Part shown: piece after piece, positions 10,399-18,332 of the stretch
Layout of the letters: every line of letters begins with the position of its first letter
Position numbering within the stretch: position 1 is the stretch's first letter
Position numbers and translations under genes: made by a program
Notes under the pieces: generated by a model
Databases searched by the model: none
What the model saw: the letters and a program-made list of their open reading frames with translations, nothing else
What the model was told of the DNA's origin: nothing
Assembly (NCBI GenBank): GCA_964491395.1
Contig: CAZBGI010000010.1
Coordinates: 2,269 to 66,268, forward strand
Origin: an uncultured Bacteroidales bacterium
GTDB lineage: Bacteria; Bacteroidota; Bacteroidia; Bacteroidales; UBA7960
Reading direction: 5' to 3'
DNA length: 64,000 nucleotides

Positions 10399-10956
10399 AT
10401 AGCAACACCTTTTAGACCAAGACCCAGAAGAGGTTTTGTAAAACCGGAAGACCCACATAACATTAACGAGAAGATTAAAGCCCCGGTTGTGAGGGTAGTA
10501 GGGGAAGATATGGAACCCAGCATAATGCAAACCAAGGAGGCAATTGTGTTGGCCGAAGAGAAAGGACTTGATCTTGTTGAGATAGCTCCTACGGCCAACC
10601 CCCCTGTTTGTAAAATCCTTGACTACAAAAAGTTTCTTTACGAACAAAAAAAGAAACAAAAAGAAGTGAAGGCCAATGCTGCCAAAATTGTGGTGAAAGA
10701 GATCCGGCTGGGTCCCAATACAGATGATCATGACTTTAACTTCAAGCTAAAACATGCTCAGAAGTTTCTTGAAGAGGGCTCCAAGATCAAAGTATTTGTT
10801 TTCTTTAAGGGACGCTCTATCGTTTATAAGGAAAAAGGTGAGATGGTTTTGCTTAGATTTGCCCAGGAACTGGAAGAAATTGGCAAAGTAGAACAGATGC
10901 CTAAGCTCGAAGGTAAAAGGATGATCATGTTTATCTCGCCCAAAAAGAAAAAATGA
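10399..10956 (+). CDS. infC: Translation initiation factor IF-3, probably starting at a non-AUG (ATA) codon
   Basis: The conserved N-domain [17 protein letters not shown] lies upstream of the first canonical start (GTG 10489). The frame is open back to the stop at 10357-10359 with no ATG/GTG/TTG. ATA at 10399 sits 8 nt after AAGGAGG (10384-10390). This gives 185 aa, a typical IF-3 length. Confidence 0.8.
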   Translation: MATPFRPRPRRGFVKPEDPHNINEKIKAPVVRVVGEDMEPSIMQTKEAIVLAEEKGLDLVEIAPTANPPVCKILDYKKFLYEQKKKQKEVKANAAKIVVKEIRLGPNTDDHDFNFKLKHAQKFLEEGSKIKVFVFFKGRSIVYKEKGEMVLLRFAQELEEIGKVEQMPKLEGKRMIMFISPKKKK

Positions 10957-11001
10957 CAACCTCGTTTATTATCAATTTATTAACCCGTAATTTTTTTTAA
11001 A

Positions 11002-11196
11002 ATGCCTAAAATGAAGACCAAATCCGGAGCAAAAAAGCGCTTTACGCTTACTGCTTCCGGAAAAATTAAGCGCAAGCATGCTTACAAAAGTCACATCCTT
11101 ACCAAGAAGACCAAAAAAAGGAAAAGAAACCTTACCAAAACTTCCTTGGTGCATAAATCCGATGAAAACAATGTAAAAGCAATGCTTTGTATTTAA
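11002..11196 (+). CDS. rpmI: 50S ribosomal protein L35
   Basis: [14 protein letters not shown]... is the typical L35 N-terminus; 64 aa and highly basic. Confidence 0.95.
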   Translation: MPKMKTKSGAKKRFTLTASGKIKRKHAYKSHILTKKTKKRKRNLTKTSLVHKSDENNVKAMLCI

Positions 11197-11294
11197 TCTA
11201 ATTAAATTTTTAATTTTATTTGTAGAAACTTTATTTAGCCTGAAAAGTCTTTTCCATTTGTTGAAAAGCGCTAAATGAAACAAAATTTAAAAAA

Positions 11295-11639
11295 ATGGCA
11301 AGATCAGTTAATAACGTCGCTTCAAGACGTAGAAGAAGAAAGATTCTTAAGCTCACAAGAGGATACTTTGGAGCAAGAAAAAATGTATGGACCGTAGCTA
11401 AGAATACCTGGGAAAAAGGTCAAACTTATGCATACCGCGACAGACGGACCAAGAAAAGAAATTTCAGGAAACTCTGGATCCTGCGTATCAATGCAGCTGC
11501 CAGAACTCATGGCATGAGTTATTCTAAATTTATGGGTGAATTAAATAAGCATGAAATCCAGATCAACCGTAAGGTTCTGGCCGATTTGGCCATGAATCAT
11601 CCGGAGGCCTTCAAAGCCATCGTGGATAAAATCAGCTAA
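11295..11639 (+). CDS. rplT: 50S ribosomal protein L20
   Basis: [29 protein letters not shown]... is a typical L20; 114 aa. Confidence 0.96.
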   Translation: MARSVNNVASRRRRRKILKLTRGYFGARKNVWTVAKNTWEKGQTYAYRDRRTKKRNFRKLWILRINAAARTHGMSYSKFMGELNKHEIQINRKVLADLAMNHPEAFKAIVDKIS

Positions 11640-11667
11640 TAAATAATAAAACGAGATATTACTGTAG

Positions 11668-11702
11668 AAAGGACTACTCTTAGGGGTAGTCTTTTTTTTT
11701 TT
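11668..11702 (+). terminator. Intrinsic terminator after rplT
   Basis: Stem GACTAC (11672-11677) pairs with GTAGTC (11686-11691), followed by an 11-nt T run. Confidence 0.75.
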
Positions 11703-11709
11703 ATCATTG

Positions 11710-11975
11710 GTGGCAATTAGCCCTGATGGGCAGACCAGGAAACCACTTTGTCCGGTTTCAGGGGAAATGAAACAACACAGTCCGGATCGCCCCGGCCTTC
11801 AGGAATGGCCCAGAATCCGGAAATCAGAAGTACTGAAGACAGGTGTATATCAAACAATGCCTGCAGGAGACAACCCTCCGGATGGCCTAAAGGCTCTTTG
11901 CGCTGCATTATAGGCTATCAGATATAAAAAAAGGTTGCATTACAAGACTAATCGTGTGTAATGCAACCTTTTTTT
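11710..11975 (+). ncRNA. Candidate stand-alone structured small RNA downstream of rplT (identity unverified; Bacteroidales-1-like synteny)
   Basis: About 220 nt with no credible ORF and about 50% G+C by hand count. Hairpin GTTTCA/TGAAAC (11755-11773). Long-range helix 11807-11821 with 11877-11887. Preceded by TATCATTG (7/8 to the -7 box) and ended by a strong terminator. Confidence 0.35.
11926..11975. terminator. Bidirectional intrinsic terminator (candidate RNA on +, M13 peptidase gene on -)
   Basis: 14-bp stem AAGGTTGCATTACA (11931-11944) pairs with TGTAATGCAACCTT (11957-11970), flanked by an A run and a T run. Confidence 0.8.
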
Positions 11976-11996
11976 GCTGTGACTGGCAATCAATCC

Positions 11997-14042
11997 TTAC
12001 CAGATTTCTGCCCTTGCAGAAGATTCGATATACCGGGAAGTATTATCAGCATCGAGGCCAAAAGCTTCATAAAACTCTTTCATATTGTAAACAATGCCGT
12101 TTACTCTTGCTTCTCCGGGCGAATGAGGTCCTTCGCTGAGCTGTTGCATAAGCCGTTGGTTACGCATGTGATTTCTCCAGATTTGGCCATAAGCAATAAA
12201 AAAGCGTTGGTTGGGAGTAAATCCCTCAATTTCACCTGGAGAGCCATCTTTGTTAAGTTTGTTTTGTAAAGCCTGATAGGCAATGGTAAGACCTCCCAGG
12301 TCAGCGATGTTTTCTCCCAGGCTTAACTTTCCATTTATGGTTAGCGTGTCCAGCATCACATAATTGTTATACTGATCCACCAACGTTTTGGTTTTTTCCT
12401 CAAACTTGCGACTGTCCTCTTCTGTCCACCATTCTTTCAGGTTACCATCGAGGGCATATCTGCGCCCCTGGTCGTCAAAACCATGGGTCATTTCATGGCC
12501 AATAACCATACCTATCGCTCCGAAATTAACCGCATCATCTCCATGGGGAAAAAAGAACGGGGGTTGCAATATAGCAGCAGGGAAAACAATTTCATTCATG
12601 GTGGGGCTGTAGTATGCATTTACTGTTTGTGGGTTCATGAACCATTTGTCGCGGTCTACAGGTTGTCCTATTTCGGCAAGATTCAAAGCCCTGTTGAATT
12701 CACGTGCGGCAATTACGTTCAGGATATGGGGTTGTTCTTTGATCTCCAGGTTGCTGTAATCAATCCATTTATCAGGATAACCAATTTTTACATTCATGGC
12801 TTGCAGCTTGGCAAATGCATTTTCCTTGGTGTCCGGACTCATCCAGTCAAGTTGTTCGATACGTTGGTAGAAGGCTTCTCTGAGGTATTCTACCAGTTCT
12901 TTCATGCGATTTTTTGACTCGGGGGGGAAATGCAGGGCTACATATTCCTGACCAACAGCATCGCCCAAAGCACCGTTGAGTGATGAAAGAGCAATTTTCC
13001 ATCTCTCACGTTGCTGCTCGCTTCCGGTCATTACCCGGGAATAAAAATCAAAGTGGGCCTGTTCAAAGTCCCGCCCTATATAAGGTGCAGCACCCCGGAG
13101 CACGTTCCATTCCAGGTAGGTCTTCCATTGATCCAAGGAGTGGGTGGCCAGCAATTCATCAAAACGTTGAAAAAATTCCGGTTGACCGTTATTGAGCTCC
13201 TGGATGTCTATTTCCAATGAACCAAGATAGGCAGGCCAGTCAAAGGCTGGCATGGAATCATCAATTTCCTGCAATGTTTGCTTGTTATAGGTAGCATAAG
13301 GGTCTCTTCTTTGCAGGCGTGTCATGGAAGCATCAGCAAGCTGTGTTTCAATTTCCATGATTTCTTCCCGGGCGGTTGCGGCTTCTTCGGGGCTTTTACC
13401 ACTCAGCGTAAAAATTTTATCAATCAATATTTCGTAATTCTCTCTGATTTCTTTGCTGCGTGCATCATCTTTAAGGTAGTAGTCACGATCTGACATGCCC
13501 AGTCCACTTTGGTAGATGTTGACAATGACCTCTTCGGTGTTTTTTCTGTCTTGTCTGGCTCTCAGGCCGAAAACCGGAGAGAAACCCTTCAGGTGCATAG
13601 AGGCAATTATCCGGGGCAGTTCTTTTTTGTCATTGAGGTTATCAATATTCTCCAGTAAAAAACCAAGGGGTTCAATGCCCGCTTCGGCTTGTTTTACCGT
13701 ATCCATGGCGCTATTGTAAAAGTCTCTTATTTTTTGCCTGTTGGAGCCCTGCGCCGCATTATTGTCTTCCTGGATTGTCTGGAGCAAATTGTAAAGTTTT
13801 TCTTCATTTTGCTCAGCAAGCTGTTCAAAGGAACCATACCTGCTGTATTCTTCAGGTATGGGGTATTTTTCCAGCCAACCGGCATTTACAAAACGGTAAA
13901 AGTCATCCCCGGCAGAAATGTCAGAGCTCATGTGAGAAATGTCTATGGGTGGCTCTGGTTTGGGTTGCTGCGTACAGGCAATGGCAATGAACAAGAATGA
14001 TAGTAATAGTAATGTTGTTAGGGGTGCTTGTGTTTTTTTCAT
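11997..14042 (-). CDS. M13-family zinc metallopeptidase (PepO / endothelin-converting-enzyme-like), lipoprotein
   Basis: HEMTHGFD zinc motif and ENIADLGG motif. Signal peptide with a lipobox-like IAIAC. Confidence 0.9.
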   Translation of the reverse strand: MKKTQAPLTTLLLLSFLFIAIACTQQPKPEPPIDISHMSSDISAGDDFYRFVNAGWLEKYPIPEEYSRYGSFEQLAEQNEEKLYNLLQTIQEDNNAAQGSNRQKIRDFYNSAMDTVKQAEAGIEPLGFLLENIDNLNDKKELPRIIASMHLKGFSPVFGLRARQDRKNTEEVIVNIYQSGLGMSDRDYYLKDDARSKEIRENYEILIDKIFTLSGKSPEEAATAREEIMEIETQLADASMTRLQRRDPYATYNKQTLQEIDDSMPAFDWPAYLGSLEIDIQELNNGQPEFFQRFDELLATHSLDQWKTYLEWNVLRGAAPYIGRDFEQAHFDFYSRVMTGSEQQRERWKIALSSLNGALGDAVGQEYVALHFPPESKNRMKELVEYLREAFYQRIEQLDWMSPDTKENAFAKLQAMNVKIGYPDKWIDYSNLEIKEQPHILNVIAAREFNRALNLAEIGQPVDRDKWFMNPQTVNAYYSPTMNEIVFPAAILQPPFFFPHGDDAVNFGAIGMVIGHEMTHGFDDQGRRYALDGNLKEWWTEEDSRKFEEKTKTLVDQYNNYVMLDTLTINGKLSLGENIADLGGLTIAYQALQNKLNKDGSPGEIEGFTPNQRFFIAYGQIWRNHMRNQRLMQQLSEGPHSPGEARVNGIVYNMKEFYEAFGLDADNTSRYIESSARAEIW

Positions 14043-14216
14043 GTACGTATTTTTGAATAAATGACACTTAAAAACCGATTTTAGGCCTTCCTATCAGATA
14101 AGGTTTTGCATCGGTAATGTTACTTTTTTTTTGACGCGTTGAAAATACGACAATTCAACCGTTGAAAAAGCAGGAGGAAGGTGATTTAACAAAAATTGAC
14201 GTACGGTTCCCGGACT

Positions 14217-15152
14217 TTAAAAATTTCCATTCAGTTTTTCCTGTATCCAGTTGGCAATGATTTGGTAGGCTTGTTGTCTTATTTCCGGTTTTTCATTGAG
14301 CAGTTCATGCCTTCCCCTGATCAATTTCAGATGGGTATTAAAAAAACCTTGTCGTGTGTATTTTTCCCTTACCTTCCCGGGGCCTTTACCAAAATCACCT
14401 ACCGGATCTTCAGTTCCGGAAATAATAAGGGTTGCAAAGTTCTTCCTGAATCTTAGTTGTTTTTCTGTTTTAAGCATTTGAAGAGAGCCCTGCATCAGAT
14501 TCCTGAAGAATCCCAGCGACAACTCAAAGCCACACATGGGGTCGTTGATATATTTTTCTACTTCCTTCTCATCAGAGCTTAACCAATCAAAAGAAGTATT
14601 GCTGTTTTTAAAGGAAGTATTGAAATTTTTATAAAACAGTTGGTTGAGCCATTTGCTTTTAAAATTCTGAGACTTTAGTAAACGAATAACTCTCGTCAGG
14701 GCAAGAAATGATTTGAGAGGCGCCGGATTAGGATTTCCGGTTCCGGAAAGTATCATTCCATTGAAATACATGGGAAATGTGCAATTGTAATACCTGGCCA
14801 ACAAAGAGCCCATGCTGTGGCCCATCAGGAAAACAGGTACACCGGGATGTGTTTTTCGGATGGATTTGTTAATACCATGAATAACATTGAGCAAATCATC
14901 CCATCCACTTTTCCAGGGCAGATGTCCTTGTTGATTTACTGTTGTGGCTGTCTTTCCATGACCGGGATGATCATGCAGGTATACTGCAAATCCGTGTTGG
15001 CACAAATACCTTGCAAATTCATAATATCGCAAACTATGCTCCGCCAGACCATGATTAATCTGGATGATGGCAAAGGGTTTGGTGTCCGGCATATAGATGG
15101 TTTGAAATACTTCATAGGATTTGATGCGATGAATTTTGGTTTTTTCAGTCAT
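14217..15152 (-). CDS. Alpha/beta hydrolase (lysophospholipase / monoacylglycerol-lipase-like)
   Basis: GHSMGS nucleophile elbow and HGLAEHS oxyanion region; 311 aa. Confidence 0.8.
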   Translation of the reverse strand: MTEKTKIHRIKSYEVFQTIYMPDTKPFAIIQINHGLAEHSLRYYEFARYLCQHGFAVYLHDHPGHGKTATTVNQQGHLPWKSGWDDLLNVIHGINKSIRKTHPGVPVFLMGHSMGSLLARYYNCTFPMYFNGMILSGTGNPNPAPLKSFLALTRVIRLLKSQNFKSKWLNQLFYKNFNTSFKNSNTSFDWLSSDEKEVEKYINDPMCGFELSLGFFRNLMQGSLQMLKTEKQLRFRKNFATLIISGTEDPVGDFGKGPGKVREKYTRQGFFNTHLKLIRGRHELLNEKPEIRQQAYQIIANWIQEKLNGNF

Positions 15153-15208
15153 GGTATTCCGGGTCTGTTAAAATTGTATCAGTGATAAAATACAATTATT
15201 GTTGTACC

Positions 15209-15237
15209 AAAAAAGCCTTACAGGGTAAGGCTTTTTT
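15209..15237. terminator. Bidirectional intrinsic terminator downstream of the cold-shock gene
   Basis: GCCTTAC (15215-15221) pairs with GTAAGGC (15225-15231), flanked by 6 A and 6 T. Confidence 0.7.
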
Positions 15238-15266
15238 GATTCTTAAATGAGTTATGTAATGGGCTG

Positions 15267-15458
15267 TTAAGCCAGTCGAACATTCACTGCATTTAATCCT
15301 TTTTTGCCCTCTTTAAGGTCAAAAGTTACATCGTCGTTTTCGCGGATCTCATCGATCAGCCCTGTTGCATGGACAAAGTATTCTTTGTCTGTTTCTTCTT
15401 CTTTAATGAAACCAAATCCTTTGGTTTGATTAAAAAACTTTACTTTTCCGTTATTCAT
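15267..15458 (-). CDS. Cold-shock protein (CspA family)
   Basis: MNNGKVKFFNQTKGFGFI (RNP1) and YFVHAT (RNP2); 63 aa from the ATG at 15458. The track start at 15497 adds an implausible extension. Confidence 0.92.
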   Translation of the reverse strand: MNNGKVKFFNQTKGFGFIKEEETDKEYFVHATGLIDEIRENDDVTFDLKEGKKGLNAVNVRLA

Positions 15459-15496
15459 ACTCAATAAAAAATAAAAATAAAAAATTTGATTCAACA

Positions 15497-15504
15497 CAAA
15501 GATA
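15497..15504 (-). promoter_or_regulatory. Bacteroidota-type -7 promoter box upstream of the cold-shock gene
   Basis: The minus strand reads TATCTTTG (exact TAnnTTTG), about 38 nt upstream of the ATG. Confidence 0.4.
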
Positions 15505-15663
15505 TTAATAATTCCGAAAAAAAGCTTAAAATCAGCTATGTTTAGGAATTTATTTTTTTATACTTTTAGTTGACTCATTATAAGCATGCTAACAGAAAAA
15601 TAAAAACCTGAAGATAGCTTTTCTCTGAGATGTTACATACTTAAGCCTTTTGAGAGCTATCAA

Positions 15664-16161
15664 TTAATGTCCGTCTTTGCCTGTATGAACATGCTTATGC
15701 TCTATTTCTTCCTGATTGGCTTCCCGGCTATGGAGAATTTCGCCTTTAAAATGAAGATCATGGCCTGCCAATGGATGGTTAAAATCCATTTTAACGGTTT
15801 CATCTGCTATTTCCAGGATTTTTCCTTGCAGGGGCTGTCCGTTTTGATCGCGCATGGTAACCACGTTTCCTTCAAAAAGCATATCGGTAGCCTCTTCACC
15901 TTCAATAACAAATACTGATCTGGGCAAATCAATTACCGCCGTCGGATCTGTTTCACCATAAGCCTTGTTCGAAGGAATCATAAAATCAAATGTTTCTCCG
16001 GTTTGCAAGTCATTAATGTTCTTCTCAAAGTCAGGAACCAGATTTCCTACACCAAACAGAAACTCTGCCGGCTTATCTTTTCCTGCAATCTCGATTACTT
16101 CTCCATCTGCGCTACCTGAGCGAAGTTCATACGTCAGTGTGATTACTTTGGGTGTACTCAT
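15664..16161 (-). CDS. slyD: FKBP-type peptidyl-prolyl isomerase, SlyD-like
   Basis: FKBP core with an inserted flap region, HPLAGHDLHF, and a short His-rich tail EHKHVHTGKDGH. Confidence 0.85.
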   Translation of the reverse strand: MSTPKVITLTYELRSGSADGEVIEIAGKDKPAEFLFGVGNLVPDFEKNINDLQTGETFDFMIPSNKAYGETDPTAVIDLPRSVFVIEGEEATDMLFEGNVVTMRDQNGQPLQGKILEIADETVKMDFNHPLAGHDLHFKGEILHSREANQEEIEHKHVHTGKDGH

Positions 16162-16612
16162 AAAATCAATGTATAATTAAATAAAAAAATTTTGGGGCGT
16201 ACTCATTCATGTTATAATGAGTAACCACCCCAAGGTTTAATTAAATACGAAATTATAACAAATAATGCAGATTATCAAATTTTTAAGGGTGTTTAAGGTT
16301 TCAATAAGATTTTTCTCATTCTTTAACCTTGACTGTTTATATGCATGGGTTAAACTCTCTGGTAGTTTGCATGCCCATTAATTCTACCCGGGTATTTGAA
16401 AAAGTGGTTACAAAAGGATACCTTTACCATATAGCCAGGCAGACAGACAAGTACAGCATAGTGTTTGTGGAAGTATCTAAAAATCATAATTATACTCATA
16501 AGGGTCCCTTGACATGTTGGCACATAGCAGATCCTTTCGCTATGAGTTTCTGATTCGATTGAAGGTAATGAAGGGATGAGACCTGAAGAGAATTTATATT
16601 TTTGAATAATCC

Positions 16613-16643
16613 TTTGCTGGATAAGATTAATTGATTATCTTTG
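16613..16643 (+). promoter_or_regulatory. Bacteroidota-type promoter (-33 TTTG, -7 TAnnTTTG) upstream of rpmG
   Basis: TTTG at 16613-16616, a 19-nt spacer, then TATCTTTG at 16636-16643. The ATG is at 16683. Confidence 0.55.
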
Positions 16644-16682
16644 CGCTCCTGAAAATAAAACCTCAAAATACTTCATAATACA

Positions 16683-16871
16683 ATGGCAAAGAAATCAAAA
16701 GACGCAAGAGTGCAAATCATTATGGAATGCACAGAGCACAAGAACAGCGGAATGCCTGGAACTTCAAGGTACATTTCTACCAAAAACAAGAAAAATTCCC
16801 CTGACAGGCTTGAGCTGAAGAAGTACAATCCTATTTTAAGAAAAATGACTGTTCACCGCGAAATTAAATAA
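16683..16871 (+). CDS. rpmG: 50S ribosomal protein L33
   Basis: [38 protein letters not shown]... is a typical L33; 62 aa. Confidence 0.95.
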   Translation: MAKKSKDARVQIIMECTEHKNSGMPGTSRYISTKNKKNSPDRLELKKYNPILRKMTVHREIK

Positions 16872-16879
16872 TTTGAACT

Positions 16880-17035
16880 ATGGCAAAGAAAGTTGTTGCG
16901 TCCCTGAAAACAGATACTGGTAAAGGCTACGCTAAAGTTATCAGAATGGAAAAATCAGCAAAATCCGGAGCTTATGCCTTCAAAGAAGACATTGTAGCAG
17001 CTGATAAAGTGAAAGAATATTTTTCAAAGAAATAA
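16880..17035 (+). CDS. DUF4295-family small protein (below the ORF-track length cutoff)
   Basis: Hand translation gives MAKKVVASLKTDTGKGYAKVIRMEKSAKSGAYAFKEDIVAADKVKEYFSKK. Composition and position (right after rpmG, before ftsY) fit the Bacteroidota DUF4295 family. Confidence 0.75.
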   Translation: MAKKVVASLKTDTGKGYAKVIRMEKSAKSGAYAFKEDIVAADKVKEYFSKK

Positions 17036-17110
17036 TTCTTTGGCTGATCAAAGTATTTATAGTGTGTAGGCTATTCAAATTCAGCCTTCCAACACGAACA
17101 TATATAAGAA

Positions 17111-17147
17111 AGACTTCCCAGATATAATTATTTTGGAAGTCTTTTTT
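17111..17147 (+). terminator. Intrinsic terminator after the rpmG-DUF4295 unit
   Basis: AGACTTCC (17111-17118) pairs with GGAAGTCT (17135-17142), followed by TTTTT. Confidence 0.65.
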
Positions 17148-17149
17148 AT

Positions 17150-17157
17150 TACCTTTG
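17150..17157 (+). promoter_or_regulatory. Bacteroidota-type -7 promoter box upstream of ftsY
   Basis: TACCTTTG (exact TAnnTTTG) immediately after the terminator. The ATG is at 17221. Confidence 0.4.
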
Positions 17158-17220
17158 ACCCTCATTAGCAGTCCTCCCGGCTGCAATCAAGAAAAACTGA
17201 TATTATTTAAAATATTACCG

Positions 17221-18177
17221 ATGGGATTATTTGATATATTTTCCAAAAACAAAAAGGAAAAGTTTGACAAGGGACTTGACAAAACCCGTGAGAATTTCTT
17301 TTCAAAACTAGGTAAAGCCGTTGTGGGCAAGTCAATTGTTGATGCTGATGTACTTGATGATCTGGAAGAAATACTGGTTACCTCTGATGTTGGGGTTTCC
17401 ACTACACTGCGCATCATTGAGCGCATTGAGGAACGGGTGGCAAAAGATAAATATTTAGGAACCGAAGAGCTTAACCGTATTCTGAAAGAAGAAATCAAAG
17501 CATTACTGGCTCAAAATACCATCAACGATTTTCGGGAGTTTGGAATTGATAAAACAGAAAGTCCCTATGTAATAATGGTGGTGGGAGTAAATGGCGTAGG
17601 CAAAACAACTACCATCGGAAAACTGGCCCATAAATTTAAAGCAGCCGGAAAATCGGTTGTTTTGGGTGCTTCAGATACTTTCAGAGCAGCTGCCGTAGAT
17701 CAACTTACCATTTGGTCCAACCGGGTGGATGTTCCTATTGTATCGCAGGGCATGGGTGCTGATCCTGCTTCTGTAGCTTTCGAAACGGTTTCTTATGCCA
17801 AACAACATAATATTGATGTGGCCATCATAGATACAGCCGGTCGTTTGCACAATAAAGTAGGATTGATGAACGAGCTTAGTAAGATTAAACGGGTAATGCA
17901 AAAGCAGGTGGAAACAGCTCCTCACGAAATTTTACTGATATTGGATGGCTCAACCGGACAGAATGCCTTTGAACAGGCAAAACAATTTACTGCAGCTACC
18001 GAAGTTAATGCACTTGCCATTACCAAACTCGATGGTACAGCCAAAGGGGGGGTGGTTATCGGTGTGAGCGACCAGTTTAAAATACCGGTGAAATATATTG
18101 GTGTGGGAGAAGGAGTAGATGACCTGCAGCTTTTTGATCGTGACGCTTTTGTTGATACACTTTTTGATCGACAGTAA
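17221..18177 (+). CDS. ftsY: Signal recognition particle receptor FtsY
   Basis: SRP GTPase motifs GVNGVGKTTT, DTAGR and TKLDG. The ATG at 17221 (MGLFDIFSK) is preferred over the track start at 17155. Confidence 0.95.
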   Translation: MGLFDIFSKNKKEKFDKGLDKTRENFFSKLGKAVVGKSIVDADVLDDLEEILVTSDVGVSTTLRIIERIEERVAKDKYLGTEELNRILKEEIKALLAQNTINDFREFGIDKTESPYVIMVVGVNGVGKTTTIGKLAHKFKAAGKSVVLGASDTFRAAAVDQLTIWSNRVDVPIVSQGMGADPASVAFETVSYAKQHNIDVAIIDTAGRLHNKVGLMNELSKIKRVMQKQVETAPHEILLILDGSTGQNAFEQAKQFTAATEVNALAITKLDGTAKGGVVIGVSDQFKIPVKYIGVGEGVDDLQLFDRDAFVDTLFDRQ

Positions 18178-18332
18178 CTTCCTCAACCCTGGAATTGCCC
18201 TTTTTTCATCCTGAAATTGTTTGTTCCCAATTTCGGTACTTTTTCATATTAATATAATCCCGAGGACTTAACCTCTGAGGGCTGATTGGTTAAGATCCCG
18301 GACTTTATGTCTTTAATCCTGTATGTGAGTAT

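Noticed and set aside
11707-11913. Track ORFs of 68 aa (+) and 63 aa (-) in the spacer after rplT
   Set aside because: They are antisense to each other, have odd composition (Pro/Gly/Cys-rich, caused by local GC richness) and no recognisable motif or start context. The region is bounded by terminators and is better explained as RNA structure.
11702-11930. Assigning the rplT-downstream element to SRP RNA, a cobalamin riboswitch or 6S RNA
   Set aside because: CAGAAUCCGGAAAUCAGAAG only loosely resembles the SRP domain IV GGAA tetraloop region, and the closing pairs do not form. There is no B12 box (GCCACUG / AGCCAGGAGACCUGCC-like). No downstream plus-strand gene exists for a riboswitch to control. 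I could not build the end-to-end helix expected of 6S RNA.
16329-16553. 74-aa plus-strand ORF in the slyD-rpmG gap, considered as a diverged rpmB (L28)
   Set aside because: The translation (MTVYMHGLNSLVVCMPINS...) has no similarity to L28 or any family I recognise, has no promoter box or start context, and is matched by an equally long antisense frame.
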